NCBI GenBank assembly: GCA_016192455.1
Contig: JACPUC010000009.1
Location: 1 to 64,000 of the forward strand
Reading direction: 5' to 3'
Source: Candidatus Tectimicrobiota bacterium
GTDB lineage: Bacteria > JACPUC01
Length of the DNA stretch: 64,000 nucleotides
The notes under the pieces are model-generated. The model was given only the letters and a program-made list of their open reading frames with translations. It was not told the origin of the DNA and searched no databases. Position 1 is the first letter of the stretch; each line of letters starts with the position of its first letter. This document shows positions 38,097-50,808 of this stretch, piece by piece. The translations under genes were made by a program, and so were the position numbers.

Positions 38097-41000
38097 ATGA
38101 CCACGAAAGAGGACATGTTCACCGCTCTCCAAGGTTTTGCCCAGGACGTTACGGCCAAGATGAGCCAACTGACGACCGGCGAGCCGGAAGACCAGTTGCG
38201 CGCGCCCTTCGAGAACTTCGTGGCCGACGCCGCCCGCGCCCTGGGCTGGAACGTTGTCTGCACCGGCGAAACGCCGCTCCCCGGCCGTCTTGGCCGCCCC
38301 GATTACGCCGTCCACCTCAACCGCCTCCTGGTCGGGTACGTCGAACTCAAGGCCCCCGGCGTTGGCGTGAATCCCCACCGCTTCACCGGTCACAACCGCG
38401 ACCAGTGGAAGCGCTTCCAGGCCATCCCGAATCTGCTTTACTGCGATGGCAACGCATGGGCGCTGTACCGCGCCGGGCAACTCACGGACAAGATATTCCG
38501 GCTCTCCGGCGACGTCGCCGCCGAGGGCAAGAAGGCAGTGGGCCGCGACGATGCTCACGCGGTCGAGCGCCTGCTGCGCGAATTTCTCTCCTGGCAGCCC
38601 TTCATCCCCACGGACCGCACGGGCAAGATCGACCTTAGGGGCTTCGCCGCCCTGCTCGCGCCGCTCTGCCGGATGTTGCGCGACGACGTAACCGACGCCC
38701 TTCGGGACCCGACCTCACCCCTTGCCCAACTCGCCAAGGACTGGCGGCAACTCCTCTTTCCCGACGCGTCAGATGAGCGGTTCGCCGACGCTTACGCCCA
38801 GACCGTCGCTTTCGCCCTGCTGTTGGGCCGCAGTGAAGGGGCCGACCCGCTGACGCTCGACAGCGCCGAGACCGCCCTGGCCGCGCAGCACACCCTCCTC
38901 GCGCGCGCCCTCCAGGTGCTGACCGACCCCCGCGCGCAGGTCGAGATGGAAACTTCGCTCAATCTTCTCCTGCGTGTCATTGCCGTCGTGCCGCCTGCGT
39001 CACTCAGCCAGCCGGAGGACCCCTGGCTTTACTTCTACGAGGATTTCCTTGCCGCCTATGATCCCAAGCTACGCAAGGACACGGGGGCCTACTATACCCC
39101 CGTCGAGGTGGTGCGCGCCCAGGTGCGGCTGATCGACGACCTGCTCGTGAACCGTCTCGGCAAACGGCTGGGCTTCGCCGATCCTGGCGTCGTCACGCTT
39201 GATCCCGCCGCCGGCACCGGCACCTACCTGCTCGGCGTCATTGAACACGCCCTCGGCAAGATCGAGGCCGAACAAGGCGCCGGCGCCGTGCCGGGCCAGG
39301 CGACCGCCCTGGCCGCCAATCTCTACGGGTTCGAACTCATGGTCGGCCCCTACGCCGTGGCGGAACTGCGCGCCAGCCGCGCCCTGCGCGACCGCGGGGC
39401 GACCCCGCCGCGGGACGGTACGCGCGTTTACCTGACCGACACGCTGGAAAGCCCCCACACCGTGCCGCCGCAACTTCCCCTCTTCTTCCGGCCCATCGCC
39501 GAGCAGCACGCCAGGGCGCTGAAGGTGAAGAGCAAGGTTCCGGTCATTGTCTGCCTCGGTAATCCCCCTTACGACCGCCACGAGGCGGCTGGCGGCGGCA
39601 ACCACGCCCGCACCGGCGGCTGGGTGCGCTGGGGCGACGACGGCAAGGGAGGGGGCGCGATCTTGCGTGACTTTCTCGACCCCGCCACGGCCGCCGGTCA
39701 CGGCGTCCACGTCAAGAACCTCTACAATCTCTATGTCTATTTCTGGCGCTGGGCACTCTGGAAGGTCTTCGAACACACGACGGCCTCCGGGCCGGGCGTC
39801 GTCAGCTTCATCAGCGCCGCGAGCTACCTCGACGGCGACGCCTTCTGCGGCATGCGCGAGCACCTGCGCCGCCTGTGCGACGACGTCTGGATTCTCGACC
39901 TGGGCGGCGAGAGGCGCGGCACGCGCAGGAGCGATAACGTCTTTGCGATCCAAACGCCCGTAGCCATCGCCGTCGCTGTCCGTGCGGGCAAGGCGAAGAA
40001 CGACGAGCCAGCCGCGGTCCATTACGCCCGTTTTGAAGGAACGCGCCAGGCCAAGCTCGCGGCCCTCGACGCCGTCAGCAGCTTCGCCGCTGTACCATGG
40101 GTTGACTGCCCCGACGGCTGGCAGGCCCCGTTCCGCCCTGGGGGAGACGGCCGATACTTCGGCTGGCCGCTCCTCACCGACCTCATGCCGTGGCAGCATT
40201 CGGGATGCCAAATGAAACGAACTTGGCCGATCTCTCACGATCCCGATACGTTGAAAGCCCGTTGGCGCGCGCTGCTTACCGCTCACGATCGGGCCCTCGC
40301 ATTCAAGGAAACCCGTGATAGAAAAATCACCTCGGATTGTCCGCCGCTCATCTTGGGAGGCAAGAGCGAGCCGCCCCTCACGCAACTGCGCCGCAACGCT
40401 CCCGCCCCTTCCATCGTCCGTTACGCATACCGTTCCTTTGACAGGCAATGGGTGTTCGCCGACGGCAGATTGGGTGACTACTTTCGCCCCGTTCTTTGGC
40501 GAGCCCATGGCGAACCGCAAGTATATTTGACAAGCCTTTTGAATCATCCGCTTGGCCAAGGTGTAGCGTGTACGGCTACCGCGCTGATTCCCGACCTAGA
40601 CCACTTTCGCGGCTCTTATGGGGCGAAGGCCGCGATTCCCCTCTACCGCAACGCCGAGGGAAGCGATTCCAACCTCCTGCCCGGCCTGCTCGACCTGCTG
40701 GGTAAGGCGTACCAGCGCAAGGTGACGCCGGAGGATGCCCTAGCCTACGTGTATGGCGCGCTGGCGCAGCCGGCCTTCACGGCGCGCTACGCGAAGGAGC
40801 TGGAGACGCGCGAGCTGCGTGTGCCAATCACCAAAGACGCCGCCCTCTTCGCCAAGGTGCGCGATGCCGGCGCGCGGCTGCTCTGGCTGCACACGTATGG
40901 CGAGCGCTTCATTCCGAAAGGCAGGCAGCGCGGGCATGTTCCGAGCGGCGAGGCGAAATGCGTCAAGCCCGTCCCTGGCGACCCGGACGGCTATCCCGAG

Positions 41001-41402
41001 AGGTTCAACTACAACGACGTAACGCGCGCGCTCCACGTCGGCGAAGGGGAGTTCCGTCCCGTCGCGCCGGAGGTCTTCGAGTTCGAGGTCTCGGGTCTGA
41101 AGGTGGTGCAGTCGTGGTTGAAGTATCGTAGAAAGCAGGGAGCGGGCAAGAAATCCTCGCCCCTCGACGACATCCGCCCCGAACGCTGGACCAGCCAGTT
41201 CACGACGGAGCTGCTCGAACTGCTCTGGGTGTTGGAGGCGACCATTGTGGGCTATCCCGCGCAAGCGAAGCTGCTGGAAGCCGTCCTTGCCGGGCCGTGC
41301 TTCGAGGCGGGGGAACTTCCTTCCATTCCCGAGGAGATGCGCAAGGCTCCCACACCTCGCCCCACGGACGGCGACCTGTTCGCCGGGCATGAGGACGATT
41401 AG
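38097..41402 (+). CDS. Single-chain R-M enzyme: nuclease, N6-MTase and type ISP-like C-terminal specificity domain, no helicase
   Basis: RPDY...VELK nuclease motif, GAYYTP, DPAAGTGTY, GNPPY, YAYRSFDRQW. Confidence 0.85.
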   Translation: MTTKEDMFTALQGFAQDVTAKMSQLTTGEPEDQLRAPFENFVADAARALGWNVVCTGETPLPGRLGRPDYAVHLNRLLVGYVELKAPGVGVNPHRFTGHNRDQWKRFQAIPNLLYCDGNAWALYRAGQLTDKIFRLSGDVAAEGKKAVGRDDAHAVERLLREFLSWQPFIPTDRTGKIDLRGFAALLAPLCRMLRDDVTDALRDPTSPLAQLAKDWRQLLFPDASDERFADAYAQTVAFALLLGRSEGADPLTLDSAETALAAQHTLLARALQVLTDPRAQVEMETSLNLLLRVIAVVPPASLSQPEDPWLYFYEDFLAAYDPKLRKDTGAYYTPVEVVRAQVRLIDDLLVNRLGKRLGFADPGVVTLDPAAGTGTYLLGVIEHALGKIEAEQGAGAVPGQATALAANLYGFELMVGPYAVAELRASRALRDRGATPPRDGTRVYLTDTLESPHTVPPQLPLFFRPIAEQHARALKVKSKVPVIVCLGNPPYDRHEAAGGGNHARTGGWVRWGDDGKGGGAILRDFLDPATAAGHGVHVKNLYNLYVYFWRWALWKVFEHTTASGPGVVSFISAASYLDGDAFCGMREHLRRLCDDVWILDLGGERRGTRRSDNVFAIQTPVAIAVAVRAGKAKNDEPAAVHYARFEGTRQAKLAALDAVSSFAAVPWVDCPDGWQAPFRPGGDGRYFGWPLLTDLMPWQHSGCQMKRTWPISHDPDTLKARWRALLTAHDRALAFKETRDRKITSDCPPLILGGKSEPPLTQLRRNAPAPSIVRYAYRSFDRQWVFADGRLGDYFRPVLWRAHGEPQVYLTSLLNHPLGQGVACTATALIPDLDHFRGSYGAKAAIPLYRNAEGSDSNLLPGLLDLLGKAYQRKVTPEDALAYVYGALAQPAFTARYAKELETRELRVPITKDAALFAKVRDAGARLLWLHTYGERFIPKGRQRGHVPSGEAKCVKPVPGDPDGYPERFNYNDVTRALHVGEGEFRPVAPEVFEFEVSGLKVVQSWLKYRRKQGAGKKSSPLDDIRPERWTSQFTTELLELLWVLEATIVGYPAQAKLLEAVLAGPCFEAGELPSIPEEMRKAPTPRPTDGDLFAGHEDD

Positions 41403-41448
41403 GGTGCGGTCTGCCGCGCGGAAGGGAGAACAGGGGAAGCATCCACCT

Positions 41449-42288
41449 TCAGTCTTCGGGCTGGCAGGTGGGGCAGAAGAAGGAGAGGCGGGCGCTGACG
41501 CCGTGGCGGCGGCGCTGGATGGGCGTCTGGCAACGCAGGCAGGCGGCCCCCGCCAGCCCATACACGTAGTGCCGGCGCACCTCGGTGGCGGCGGCGATCG
41601 CTCCGAGGAGGGCCAGGTCGTCGTCGGTTAGCGTACGGCCCGCCTGGCGGTAGGCGCGTTGACTGACGAGCGAGAGCGACCAGCCGAGGCGCCGCTGTTC
41701 GCCGTCATCGAGGCGGCCGGCGAGACGGAAGGGAGAGATGCCGGCCTCGAAGAGCGACTCGCTCTTCAGACAGTTGCCGATGCCCGCCACCACCTCGCGA
41801 TCAAAGAGAACATCGGCGATCTCGCGCAGGAGGTGGCGCTTGTGGGTGAGGCGCCGCGCGAAGAGCGCCGCGTCGAAGGGCAGCGCCAACACGCAGGGGC
41901 CAAGACGACTGAGAAACGCATGGCTGGCCAGGGCCCGTTCCTCGAGGACCTCGAAGATCGGTCCGTGGTAGAGCACGGCCCGGCAGCGCTCCAGGGTCAG
42001 CGACACTTTCACCCGGGGATCGCGGCGGGCTGACCACGGTCCCCGAGGCAGGAGCTCCCACCGCCCGCCACGACTGAGATGGGTGAAGAGAACAACGCCC
42101 CCCTCGAGGTGAAAGAGCAGGTTCTTGCCGATGCTGGCGACCTCGACGAGCCGCAGCCCCGCCACAACCTCCGGCCAGGACGAGCACTGGAGTCTTCTCC
42201 ACGCCGTATGGAAGCGCAGGATGCGCTGCCCCGCGAGAGCGACACGCAGGGCATCAGCCAAGCGCTTCACCGCAGGTGCGTCAAGCAT
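41449..42288 (-). CDS. Fpg/Nei-family DNA glycosylase-like protein
   Basis: GKNLL, LGP, VAGIGN (H2TH) and zinc finger CLRC...FCPTCQ; ATG preceded by GGAGGAG. Confidence 0.85.
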   Translation of the reverse strand: MLDAPAVKRLADALRVALAGQRILRFHTAWRRLQCSSWPEVVAGLRLVEVASIGKNLLFHLEGGVVLFTHLSRGGRWELLPRGPWSARRDPRVKVSLTLERCRAVLYHGPIFEVLEERALASHAFLSRLGPCVLALPFDAALFARRLTHKRHLLREIADVLFDREVVAGIGNCLKSESLFEAGISPFRLAGRLDDGEQRRLGWSLSLVSQRAYRQAGRTLTDDDLALLGAIAAATEVRRHYVYGLAGAACLRCQTPIQRRRHGVSARLSFFCPTCQPED

Positions 42289-42884
42289 GGCGCTCCTCCG
42301 TCCCCCCAACGCTTGCTTTGGCCCCGCGGGTCTCCCCTCCGCCGGCAGGCGCGCCGATGTCCCCGCGAGCGAGACGCTAGGCCTCGGGCATTGACGCGGG
42401 TTACGGCTTCCGGAAGGTTCGCATGGGACTGAAGAAGGAGAAGGTTGAGCCGAGCGCACCCCGCCCGAGGCGGCGCGGGAAGGGCGCTGGAGTGAGGCTG
42501 CAGCCGGGTCCGCGAGAGACACCTGCGGGGCGCGATCATCACACAGGGCGGGAGCGGGGTGGCGCCTCCCGCCCATCCCTGTGGAGAGAGTGTAGCGCGT
42601 CCACCATGGAATGCCAACGAAAACGGAGAGCCGCTGGTGCGGCTCGGCTTTCGCGGCAGGGGTCGCGCGGCGGGCGCGTGCTGGTTTCGGCGGGGAGCGG
42701 GGGTGACTTCGGAACGGGGATCGAAACGGAGAAGCTGTAACCCACGGTTCGGCAGGGGAGCCGGGGAAGGTCCCGCACGCGCGTGGGGACCTCCGGGGGG
42801 CTAACGGAACGCCAGCGCCATCGCGCGCAGCGTCAAGGGAGGGCCGCGCGTCGGCGGCCCTCCGCAGACAAGGGAGTCGCCGCC

Positions 42885-43130
42885 ATGGATCGCCCATCGA
42901 AGCCTGGCGCTGAAAGCAAAGCCATGGCAGAACGCCTCAGCCTCCTCTGCAAGCGGGGAGTGCCGGGCCTGCCTGAAGATCTACGCTACACGTACACCAA
43001 GGCCGGATTCGTGCTGAGCTGGGGACACCAGCAGCCGGAGCCGAAGAGCCATCTCTTCTCCTTCGAGGAGCTGCGGACTCTTGATGACGAAGGGATTCGC
43101 CGCGCCCTTCGGACAAGTGCGCAGCAGTGA
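42885..43130 (+). CDS. Small hypothetical protein
   Basis: AAGGGAG upstream of ATG; protein-like composition; 81 aa. Confidence 0.45.
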   Translation: MDRPSKPGAESKAMAERLSLLCKRGVPGLPEDLRYTYTKAGFVLSWGHQQPEPKSHLFSFEELRTLDDEGIRRALRTSAQQ

Positions 43131-43524
43131 TCCGAAGCGGAGCGCGCGCGCCGAGGCGGCTCGAGCGAGGCCGCGCCCCGGAGAGGCGCGCTGGGCCGCT
43201 GAGCATCGTTCCAGGCCATCGACCTCCTGGAGCGGCGCGTTCAGCCGCGGGCGCGCCGCCTCAGGTTGGCGTTCTCGGCCCGCGCGGTCGCCGGGGGGGC
43301 CTCCGCGACAAGGGGGTGGGAGAGACGGGATGGCACGGCAGCTCGCCGACAGGGCGGCGAAACGGCGCCTCGGTTCGGTGCGCGGGCAGCCTCGCCTGCG
43401 CCGAGAGGAGAAGTGAGCAAAAATTTTCTCTGAACCGAAAGGAAAATGGCGGAACCATCCACGGCGGGTGGTGTCGAAACAAACAGCATCCCAAGCCAAC
43501 TGTCTTCTCGCGGTTTCTCCCCCA

Positions 43525-43564
43525 AACCACCGTACCTCACCCCAGGGTACGGTGGTTGCCTTTT
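43525..43564 (+). terminator. Terminator-like hairpin in the intergenic region upstream of trxB
   Basis: Perfect 12-bp stem aaccaccgtacc/ggtacggtggtt followed by gcctttt. Confidence 0.45.
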
Positions 43565-43761
43565 GGGCCCGTGATCCTCGCCAGCGCGAGAGTGCGTCGC
43601 ACAGGGTGCTTTTCGCACCGGCGGGGCGGGTTGCAACCTCGCGGGGATGACCCTATAGTTCCTTCTGGAGAAGGCGCGGCGCTGTCGGCGGGGCGCTCTC
43701 CGCCGCGCCACCACGACGAGGTTCCGTGCGCCGCGCGACCACGGATGAATTGGAGATTGCG

Positions 43762-44685
43762 ATGCGCAACGTCATCATCATCGGTTCGGGCGCCGCCGGG
43801 CTGACCGCGGCGATCTACACCTCCCGCGCCAATCTCTCCCCCCTCCTCATTGAAGGAAAAGAGCCGGGCGGCCAGTTGACCCTCACCACCGATGTCGAGA
43901 ACTTCCCCGGCTTCCCCAACGGCATCATGGGACCGGAGCTTATGGATACGATCCGCAAGCAGGCGGAGCGCTTCGGCACCGAGTTCGTCTTCGGCGAGGT
44001 GACGAAGGTGGACCTGGGCACGCGCCCCTTCAGCGTCCATTTCGGCGAGCAGAGCGAGCAATGCGGCGCGCTCATCATCTCCACCGGCGCCTCGGCGAGG
44101 CTCCTGGGGCTGGACGCGGAGCGTCGCCTGATGGGGCACGGGGTAAGCGTCTGCGCGACGTGCGACGGGTTTTTCTTCAAGGATCAGGAGATCGCCGTCG
44201 TCGGCGGGGGAGACTCGGCGATGGAGGAGGCCCTCTTCCTCACCAAGTATGCCCGGAAAGTGAGCGTCATCCACCGCCGCGACAAGCTGCGCGCCTCGAA
44301 GATCATGCAGGACAAGGCGTTTCGGAACGAGAAGGTCGACTTCATTTGGGATTCGACGGTCGTCGACCTGCATGAGAACGGCACCAACGAGCTGGCGGGT
44401 ATCTCCATTCAAAACCTGAAGACGAAGAAGACAGAGCGCCGGGATGTCACCGGCCTGTTCGTGGCAATCGGCCACACGCCGAACACGCAGCTCTTTCAAG
44501 GTCAGTTGGAGCTGGATGTCGCCGGCTACATCGTCACCAAGGGCGGCAACACGCAGACCAGCGTACCCGGCGTCTTCGCCGCCGGCGACGTTGCCGACCA
44601 CGTCTACCGGCAGGCGATCACCGCCGCCGGCACCGGCTGCATGGCCGCTATCGACGCCGAGCGCTGGCTGGAGTCGCAGGAGTAG
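43762..44685 (+). CDS. trxB: Thioredoxin-disulfide reductase
   Basis: IIGSGAAG, GGQLTLTTDVENFPG, CATCDG, GGGDSAMEEA, FAAGDV. Confidence 0.96.
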   Translation: MRNVIIIGSGAAGLTAAIYTSRANLSPLLIEGKEPGGQLTLTTDVENFPGFPNGIMGPELMDTIRKQAERFGTEFVFGEVTKVDLGTRPFSVHFGEQSEQCGALIISTGASARLLGLDAERRLMGHGVSVCATCDGFFFKDQEIAVVGGGDSAMEEALFLTKYARKVSVIHRRDKLRASKIMQDKAFRNEKVDFIWDSTVVDLHENGTNELAGISIQNLKTKKTERRDVTGLFVAIGHTPNTQLFQGQLELDVAGYIVTKGGNTQTSVPGVFAAGDVADHVYRQAITAAGTGCMAAIDAERWLESQE

Positions 44686-44833
44686 CTCCCCGGCGAGCCA
44701 CCGCGGGCGCGTGGACGGCGTGGGATGATTCCCCCTCGTTGCCGCCGCGGTCGAAAGGAGGACCTGATCCTCCTTGCCCCGTTGTTTCAAGCAAAGTTCC
44801 CCAGCCGAACGCTCCCCTCGCAGCTTTCAGATG

Positions 44834-44868
44834 AAAAAAGGAGGCGCCACCCCGGGACGCCTCCTTTT
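44834..44868. terminator. Bidirectional intrinsic terminator
   Basis: aaaaggaggcg-loop-cgcctcctttt between convergent trxB and the OFOR beta gene. Confidence 0.8.
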
Positions 44869-44914
44869 CGTTGAGCTACCTTCTCACAGATACCCGTGGC
44901 CTACGCCACGACCG

Positions 44915-45958
44915 CTACTGCACAACCCAGGTGTCGCCCTCGTGGAGGAGCGCCTCGAGGTCTCCCTCGCCCTGCGTCTCGATGGCGACATCGATCTGGC
45001 GCTGCATGAGGTTCTCGTAGGTCGGCTTCTCAACCGCCCGGAACACGCCGATCGGCACGGGGAGCTGCGGCATATCAAAGCGGCTGAGCATGTAGGCGAG
45101 GGTCGTATCGTCCAGCTTTTCGTCGTGGCTCAGCAGGTCATCCTTCGCCACGGCGTCGAGCGCCACCACCTCGGGCCGCAGGCCGTGCAGGCGGATGCCC
45201 TTTTCGTTCTCCTTGCCGAACACCAGCGGCTTGCCATGCTCCAGCGTTAGGACATGATCGGACCGCGTCGCCTTGTCGGTGAGCGACTCCCAGGCGCCGT
45301 CATTGAAGACCGGGCAGTTCTGATAAATCTCCACGAAGGAGGTGCCTTTGTGCTGCTGCGCGCGCTCGAGCATCTGCTGCAGATGCTTGATCTCGGTGTC
45401 GATGGTGCGGGCCACAAAGGTCGCCCCCGCGGCCAGCGCAACCGCCACGGGATTGAGCGGCTGCTCGAGCGAGCCCATGGGGGTGGATTTCGTCTTCTTG
45501 CCGAGCTCCGAGGTGGGCGAGTACTGCCCCTTCGTCAGCCCATAGATGCGATTGTTGAACAGGAGAACGTTCAGATCAATGTTGCGGCGCATCAGGTGGA
45601 TGAAGTGGTTGCCGCCGATCGACAGGGCGTCGCCGTCGCCGGTGATGACCCACACCGAGAGGTCGGGACGCACGCATTTGAGGCCCGAAGCGACGGCGGG
45701 CGCCCGGCCATGAATGGTATGGAAGCCGTACGTCTTCATGTAGTAGGGGAAGCGGCTGGAGCAGCCGATGCCGGAGATGAAGACGTACTTCTCGCGCGGC
45801 AGGTGGAACGTGGGAAGCACCTTCTGCACCTGCGCCAGGATGGAGTAGTCGCCGCACCCCGGGCACCACCTCACCTCTTGATCGGAGGCGAAATCCTTCC
45901 GGGTGAGGGAGAGGACCTCGGTTTGTCCGCGTTCCTTGTCGCCGTTGCTCTCGTTCAC
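44915..45958 (-). CDS. korB: 2-oxoacid:ferredoxin oxidoreductase beta subunit
   Basis: [34 protein letters not shown]. Confidence 0.93.
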   Translation of the reverse strand: MNESNGDKERGQTEVLSLTRKDFASDQEVRWCPGCGDYSILAQVQKVLPTFHLPREKYVFISGIGCSSRFPYYMKTYGFHTIHGRAPAVASGLKCVRPDLSVWVITGDGDALSIGGNHFIHLMRRNIDLNVLLFNNRIYGLTKGQYSPTSELGKKTKSTPMGSLEQPLNPVAVALAAGATFVARTIDTEIKHLQQMLERAQQHKGTSFVEIYQNCPVFNDGAWESLTDKATRSDHVLTLEHGKPLVFGKENEKGIRLHGLRPEVVALDAVAKDDLLSHDEKLDDTTLAYMLSRFDMPQLPVPIGVFRAVEKPTYENLMQRQIDVAIETQGEGDLEALLHEGDTWVVQ

Positions 45959-47817
45959 GCTCTCTCCCCCTTCTCAAGAAGCTCGTGGATCTTTGCCAGG
46001 ATTTCGGAGATCATGAAGGGACGCCCCTTCACCTTATTAAGCCCCACCACGTCCTTCAAGTACCGAGCCCTGATGAGCATGCGGCATTGCCCCATGTTCA
46101 TCTCGGGAAGAAGCACGCGGTCAAAGCGGCCAAGAACCTCGCCGAGGTTCCTGGGGAAGGGGCTGAGGTAGCGCAGGTGCGCCGAGGAGACCTTCAAGCC
46201 CTCGTGCTGCGCCTGCTCGACCGCCGCGGTGATGGGGCCATACGTGCTGCCCCAGCCGAGCACCAGGAGATCGCCTTCCGGCTGGCCCTTCACCTGCAGG
46301 AGTGGGATATCGTTGGCGATGCGCTCCACCTTCTCGGCCCGCAACTTCACCATGGCGGCGTGGTTGTCGGGATCATAGCTGACGTTGCCGGAGAGGTTCG
46401 CCTTCTCGATGCCGCCGATGCGGTGCTCCAGCCCAGGCGTCCCCGGCAAGGCCCACGGCCGCGCCAGCGTCTCCTCGTCTCGGCTGTAGGGCTGGAACGT
46501 CTCGCCGCCGTTCGCGGACGCATGGCGGATGGCGAAGCTGGGCAGCTCGCTCAGCGCGGGAATCTTCCACGGCTCGGCGCCGTTCGCCAGGAACCCATCG
46601 GAGAGGAAAAAGACCGGCAGCATATACTTGGTGGCGATGCGGCAAGCCTCGATGGCCATGGCGAAGCAGTCCGCCGGCGTGGCCGGCGCCACGACCGCCA
46701 CGGGGGACTCGCTGTTGCGCCCCAGCACGGCTTGGAAAAGGTCCGCTTGCTCCGTCTTCGTCGGCATGCCGGTGCTCGGCCCGGCGCGTTGCACATTGGC
46801 GATGACAATCGGCAGCTCCACCATCACCGCCAGGCCGATCGCCTCCGACTTCAAGGCCACCCCAGGGCCGCTGGTGCCGGTCACCGCCAGCGCCCCGCCA
46901 TAGGCCGCACCGATGACCGCGGTGACCGCGGCAATCTCATCCTCGGCCTGAAACGTCTTCACGCCATAGTTCTTGAACCGCGCCAGCTCGTGCAGAATGT
47001 CGCTGGCCGGCGTGATCGGGTAGCTGCCGTAGAAGAGCGGCGTCTTGGCCAACCTCGAGGCCGCCACGAACCCCAGCGCGGCCGCCTCGTTGCCGGTGAT
47101 CTTGCGGTACTTGCCGGGCTCGATGGGGGCTTTCTTCACCTGATAGTGCTTCGGGAAGAGTTCGGTGGTCTCGGCGAAGTAGTACCCAGCCTTGATGGCC
47201 GTGCTGTTCGCTTCGGCTATCTCCGGCAGCTTGCCGAAGCGCTCCTCGATCCAGCGCAGGGTCGGCTCGATCGGCCGGTCGTAGAGCCAGCACAGGAGGC
47301 CCAGCGCGAAGAAGTTCTTGCAGCGCTCCGCCGTGCTCTTGGGAAGGCCAAGCTCTTTCAACCCCTGCATGGTAAGGAAGGTGACCGGCACCTTGATGAG
47401 CTGGTAACCGTTCAGCGAACCGTCTTCCAGGGGATTGCTGGCGTACCCGGCCTTCTTCAGGTTCTGCGCCGTGAAGGCGTCCTCATTCGCGATGAGCGTG
47501 CCGCCCCGCGCCAGATCGCGCAGGTTTACCTTCAGGGCCGCCGGATTCATCGCCACCAGCACATCCGGCGAATCCCCCGGCGTGAGGATGCGCCGGCTGC
47601 CAAAGTTCAACTGAAAACCACTTACCCCCGGCAACGTCCCCGCCGGCGCGCGAATCTCGGCGGGGAAGTCGGGGAATGTACTGATATCGTTGCCCAGCAA
47701 AGCCGTCGTGTTGGTGAACTGGGTGCCGGTCAACTGCATGCCGTCGCCGGAGTCGCCAGCAAAACGGATAATCACCGATTCCAATTCCTCGATCGGTTTC
47801 TCGACGGTCTCAGACAT
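45955..47817 (-). CDS. korA: 2-oxoacid:ferredoxin oxidoreductase alpha subunit (gamma-alpha fusion)
   Basis: [36 protein letters not shown]. Confidence 0.93.
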   Translation of the reverse strand: MSETVEKPIEELESVIIRFAGDSGDGMQLTGTQFTNTTALLGNDISTFPDFPAEIRAPAGTLPGVSGFQLNFGSRRILTPGDSPDVLVAMNPAALKVNLRDLARGGTLIANEDAFTAQNLKKAGYASNPLEDGSLNGYQLIKVPVTFLTMQGLKELGLPKSTAERCKNFFALGLLCWLYDRPIEPTLRWIEERFGKLPEIAEANSTAIKAGYYFAETTELFPKHYQVKKAPIEPGKYRKITGNEAAALGFVAASRLAKTPLFYGSYPITPASDILHELARFKNYGVKTFQAEDEIAAVTAVIGAAYGGALAVTGTSGPGVALKSEAIGLAVMVELPIVIANVQRAGPSTGMPTKTEQADLFQAVLGRNSESPVAVVAPATPADCFAMAIEACRIATKYMLPVFFLSDGFLANGAEPWKIPALSELPSFAIRHASANGGETFQPYSRDEETLARPWALPGTPGLEHRIGGIEKANLSGNVSYDPDNHAAMVKLRAEKVERIANDIPLLQVKGQPEGDLLVLGWGSTYGPITAAVEQAQHEGLKVSSAHLRYLSPFPRNLGEVLGRFDRVLLPEMNMGQCRMLIRARYLKDVVGLNKVKGRPFMISEILAKIHELLEKGERA

Positions 47818-48421
47818 GGCTGACGTCGGCTCCCCTTGTGGTAACCGCCAACACACCCGCGGCCTCGCCGGGCGAAGCCTGGCGGCACGTGCGACATCCC
47901 GGCTGCACAAGGCTCCACGCCGAAGCTTCGCATGGCGGAGCCGTGCACCCAACACGCTTTCACGCAAGAATCCGCAAGGCGCAAGGAGTGATGACATGCC
48001 GGCGCCCTCGGCGCGTCACTCCGCCCCCTGGCGCGCAGGCACACCACCACACCTAGAAAGTACGAACTTCCATGCTCCCAAGTATATTCTCACGAGCGCG
48101 GAAAATCCATACCAGCGGCAGCGGACGGGGTGCTTTTTTCGCACTTTTGCAAGGACTCGGCGCGGCGTGAGCATGCCATGGGGAGAGGATGGGGATGACG
48201 CCGCCGCTGCGCCCGTCGCGGTCAGCCTGCCTCCCTCGATCCAGGTTGTGGGCGCACACTTCCCCGGCCGGGGGCGTGTGGGATGGAGCGCCCCGGCCGC
48301 CATGCGTCACCCCGGCAGGCAGGCGCCGCCCCGCCGAGGGGAGAATATGTCCCGGCACAACTCCTGCCGCCAGGAACCGAACCGTACGCAGGCGTTGAGT
48401 TTCCTGGCCAGGAGGCGAAAT

Positions 48422-48733
48422 TCAGCTACCCTGGGACTGGCTCGAGGAGGGTCCAGGAGGCGCTGCTGGCGAGGGCGACGCCGTGCCGCTCGCCTCGCTC
48501 TGGGAGGCCCCAGCCGCCGCCCGCTGCTCCTCTGCTTGCGCCGCCTCCTCCTCCCGCTCCCACTCGCGGTTGGTCTTGATCTCATCGATCCCGGCCCAGA
48601 TGGCGATCAGCCCGCCGAGGGCCACCACCACCGGAACGAGGCCGCGCAACATGAGCAGGAAATCGCCCCACCATGCCACAATGCCGAGAATCCCAAGAAT
48701 TGCAGCCAGGACGCCGCCGATAATGATAAACAT
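48422..48733 (-). CDS. Small two-TM membrane protein (MamI-like pattern)
   Basis: GGAGGT RBS; MFIIIGGVLAAILGILGIVAWWGDFLLMLRGLVPVVVALGGLIAIWAGI followed by a charged tail. Confidence 0.7.
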   Translation of the reverse strand: MFIIIGGVLAAILGILGIVAWWGDFLLMLRGLVPVVVALGGLIAIWAGIDEIKTNREWEREEEAAQAEEQRAAAGASQSEASGTASPSPAAPPGPSSSQSQGS

Positions 48734-49299
48734 ACCCCTCACCTCCAAGCCCCTGAACCCCAGCACCCCCTCCGTCGGCTCGCTCACCCGCGCCAGGCTC
48801 GCGCCCCGGCGATTCGGCCACCAGCGCCCGTGCAGCTTATCACCAAGCCAGCCTCTTGACAAGACGCAGCCGACAGCTCCGGAACCGCCGCGTCTCCTCG
48901 CCGCGGGCTTCTCGACGCCTACGCTCCGCATGCTCCACCTGGTGCCGTCTTGCTCGCCTTGCAACGGCGCCCAAGATTGGGGATACTACTCGCCGCCGCG
49001 GTTGCCTCAAGGGTAAGGAGGGAAGGGGAGCCGTTCAGCCGGTTACGAGATCAGCCAGAGCAACGACCAGTTGACAGGAGCAGGCGAGAGTTTTGTATCT
49101 CATTCACGCGCGCCTGCGTGTACCAGGCGGTGCAAGGTGCGCCTCTCCCGCGCCATGCAGCCCAGCCGCCTCGGCGCGGTGATCATCTCCCTTGGCCTGC
49201 CGGTGCGCAGCGGGGAGGGAGGCGTCCCCCATGTTCGCCAGCACGGAGCCCTCGCCCCGAGGGGTGGCGTGGGGGAGCAGTGATCCAGCAGAACCCTAG

Positions 49300-50622
<1,323 letters not shown>

Positions 50623-50808
50623 GCGCCGGCCCGCCGCCGCCGCGGCCAAGGGCAGACCACCCCGCGGCGCGAGCGGCGTCGGGGCAGGCGAGTCCCCCCC
50701 CCGGCGTTGGGAGCGCGGGCGCCCCCTCCGCAACGGCAACGTCATCGCCCGTCGGCCGCCCCGGAGGAGGACTTCCCACCCCACCTTCAGCGCCCATGCA
50801 GACTGGCC

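Noticed and set aside
42289-42897. N-terminal extension of the Fpg/Nei ORF
   Set aside because: Low-complexity GC-rich translation; the RBS and family alignment support a start at 42288.
48422-48733. Magnetosome island
   Set aside because: Only one weakly MamI-like gene, set among housekeeping genes.
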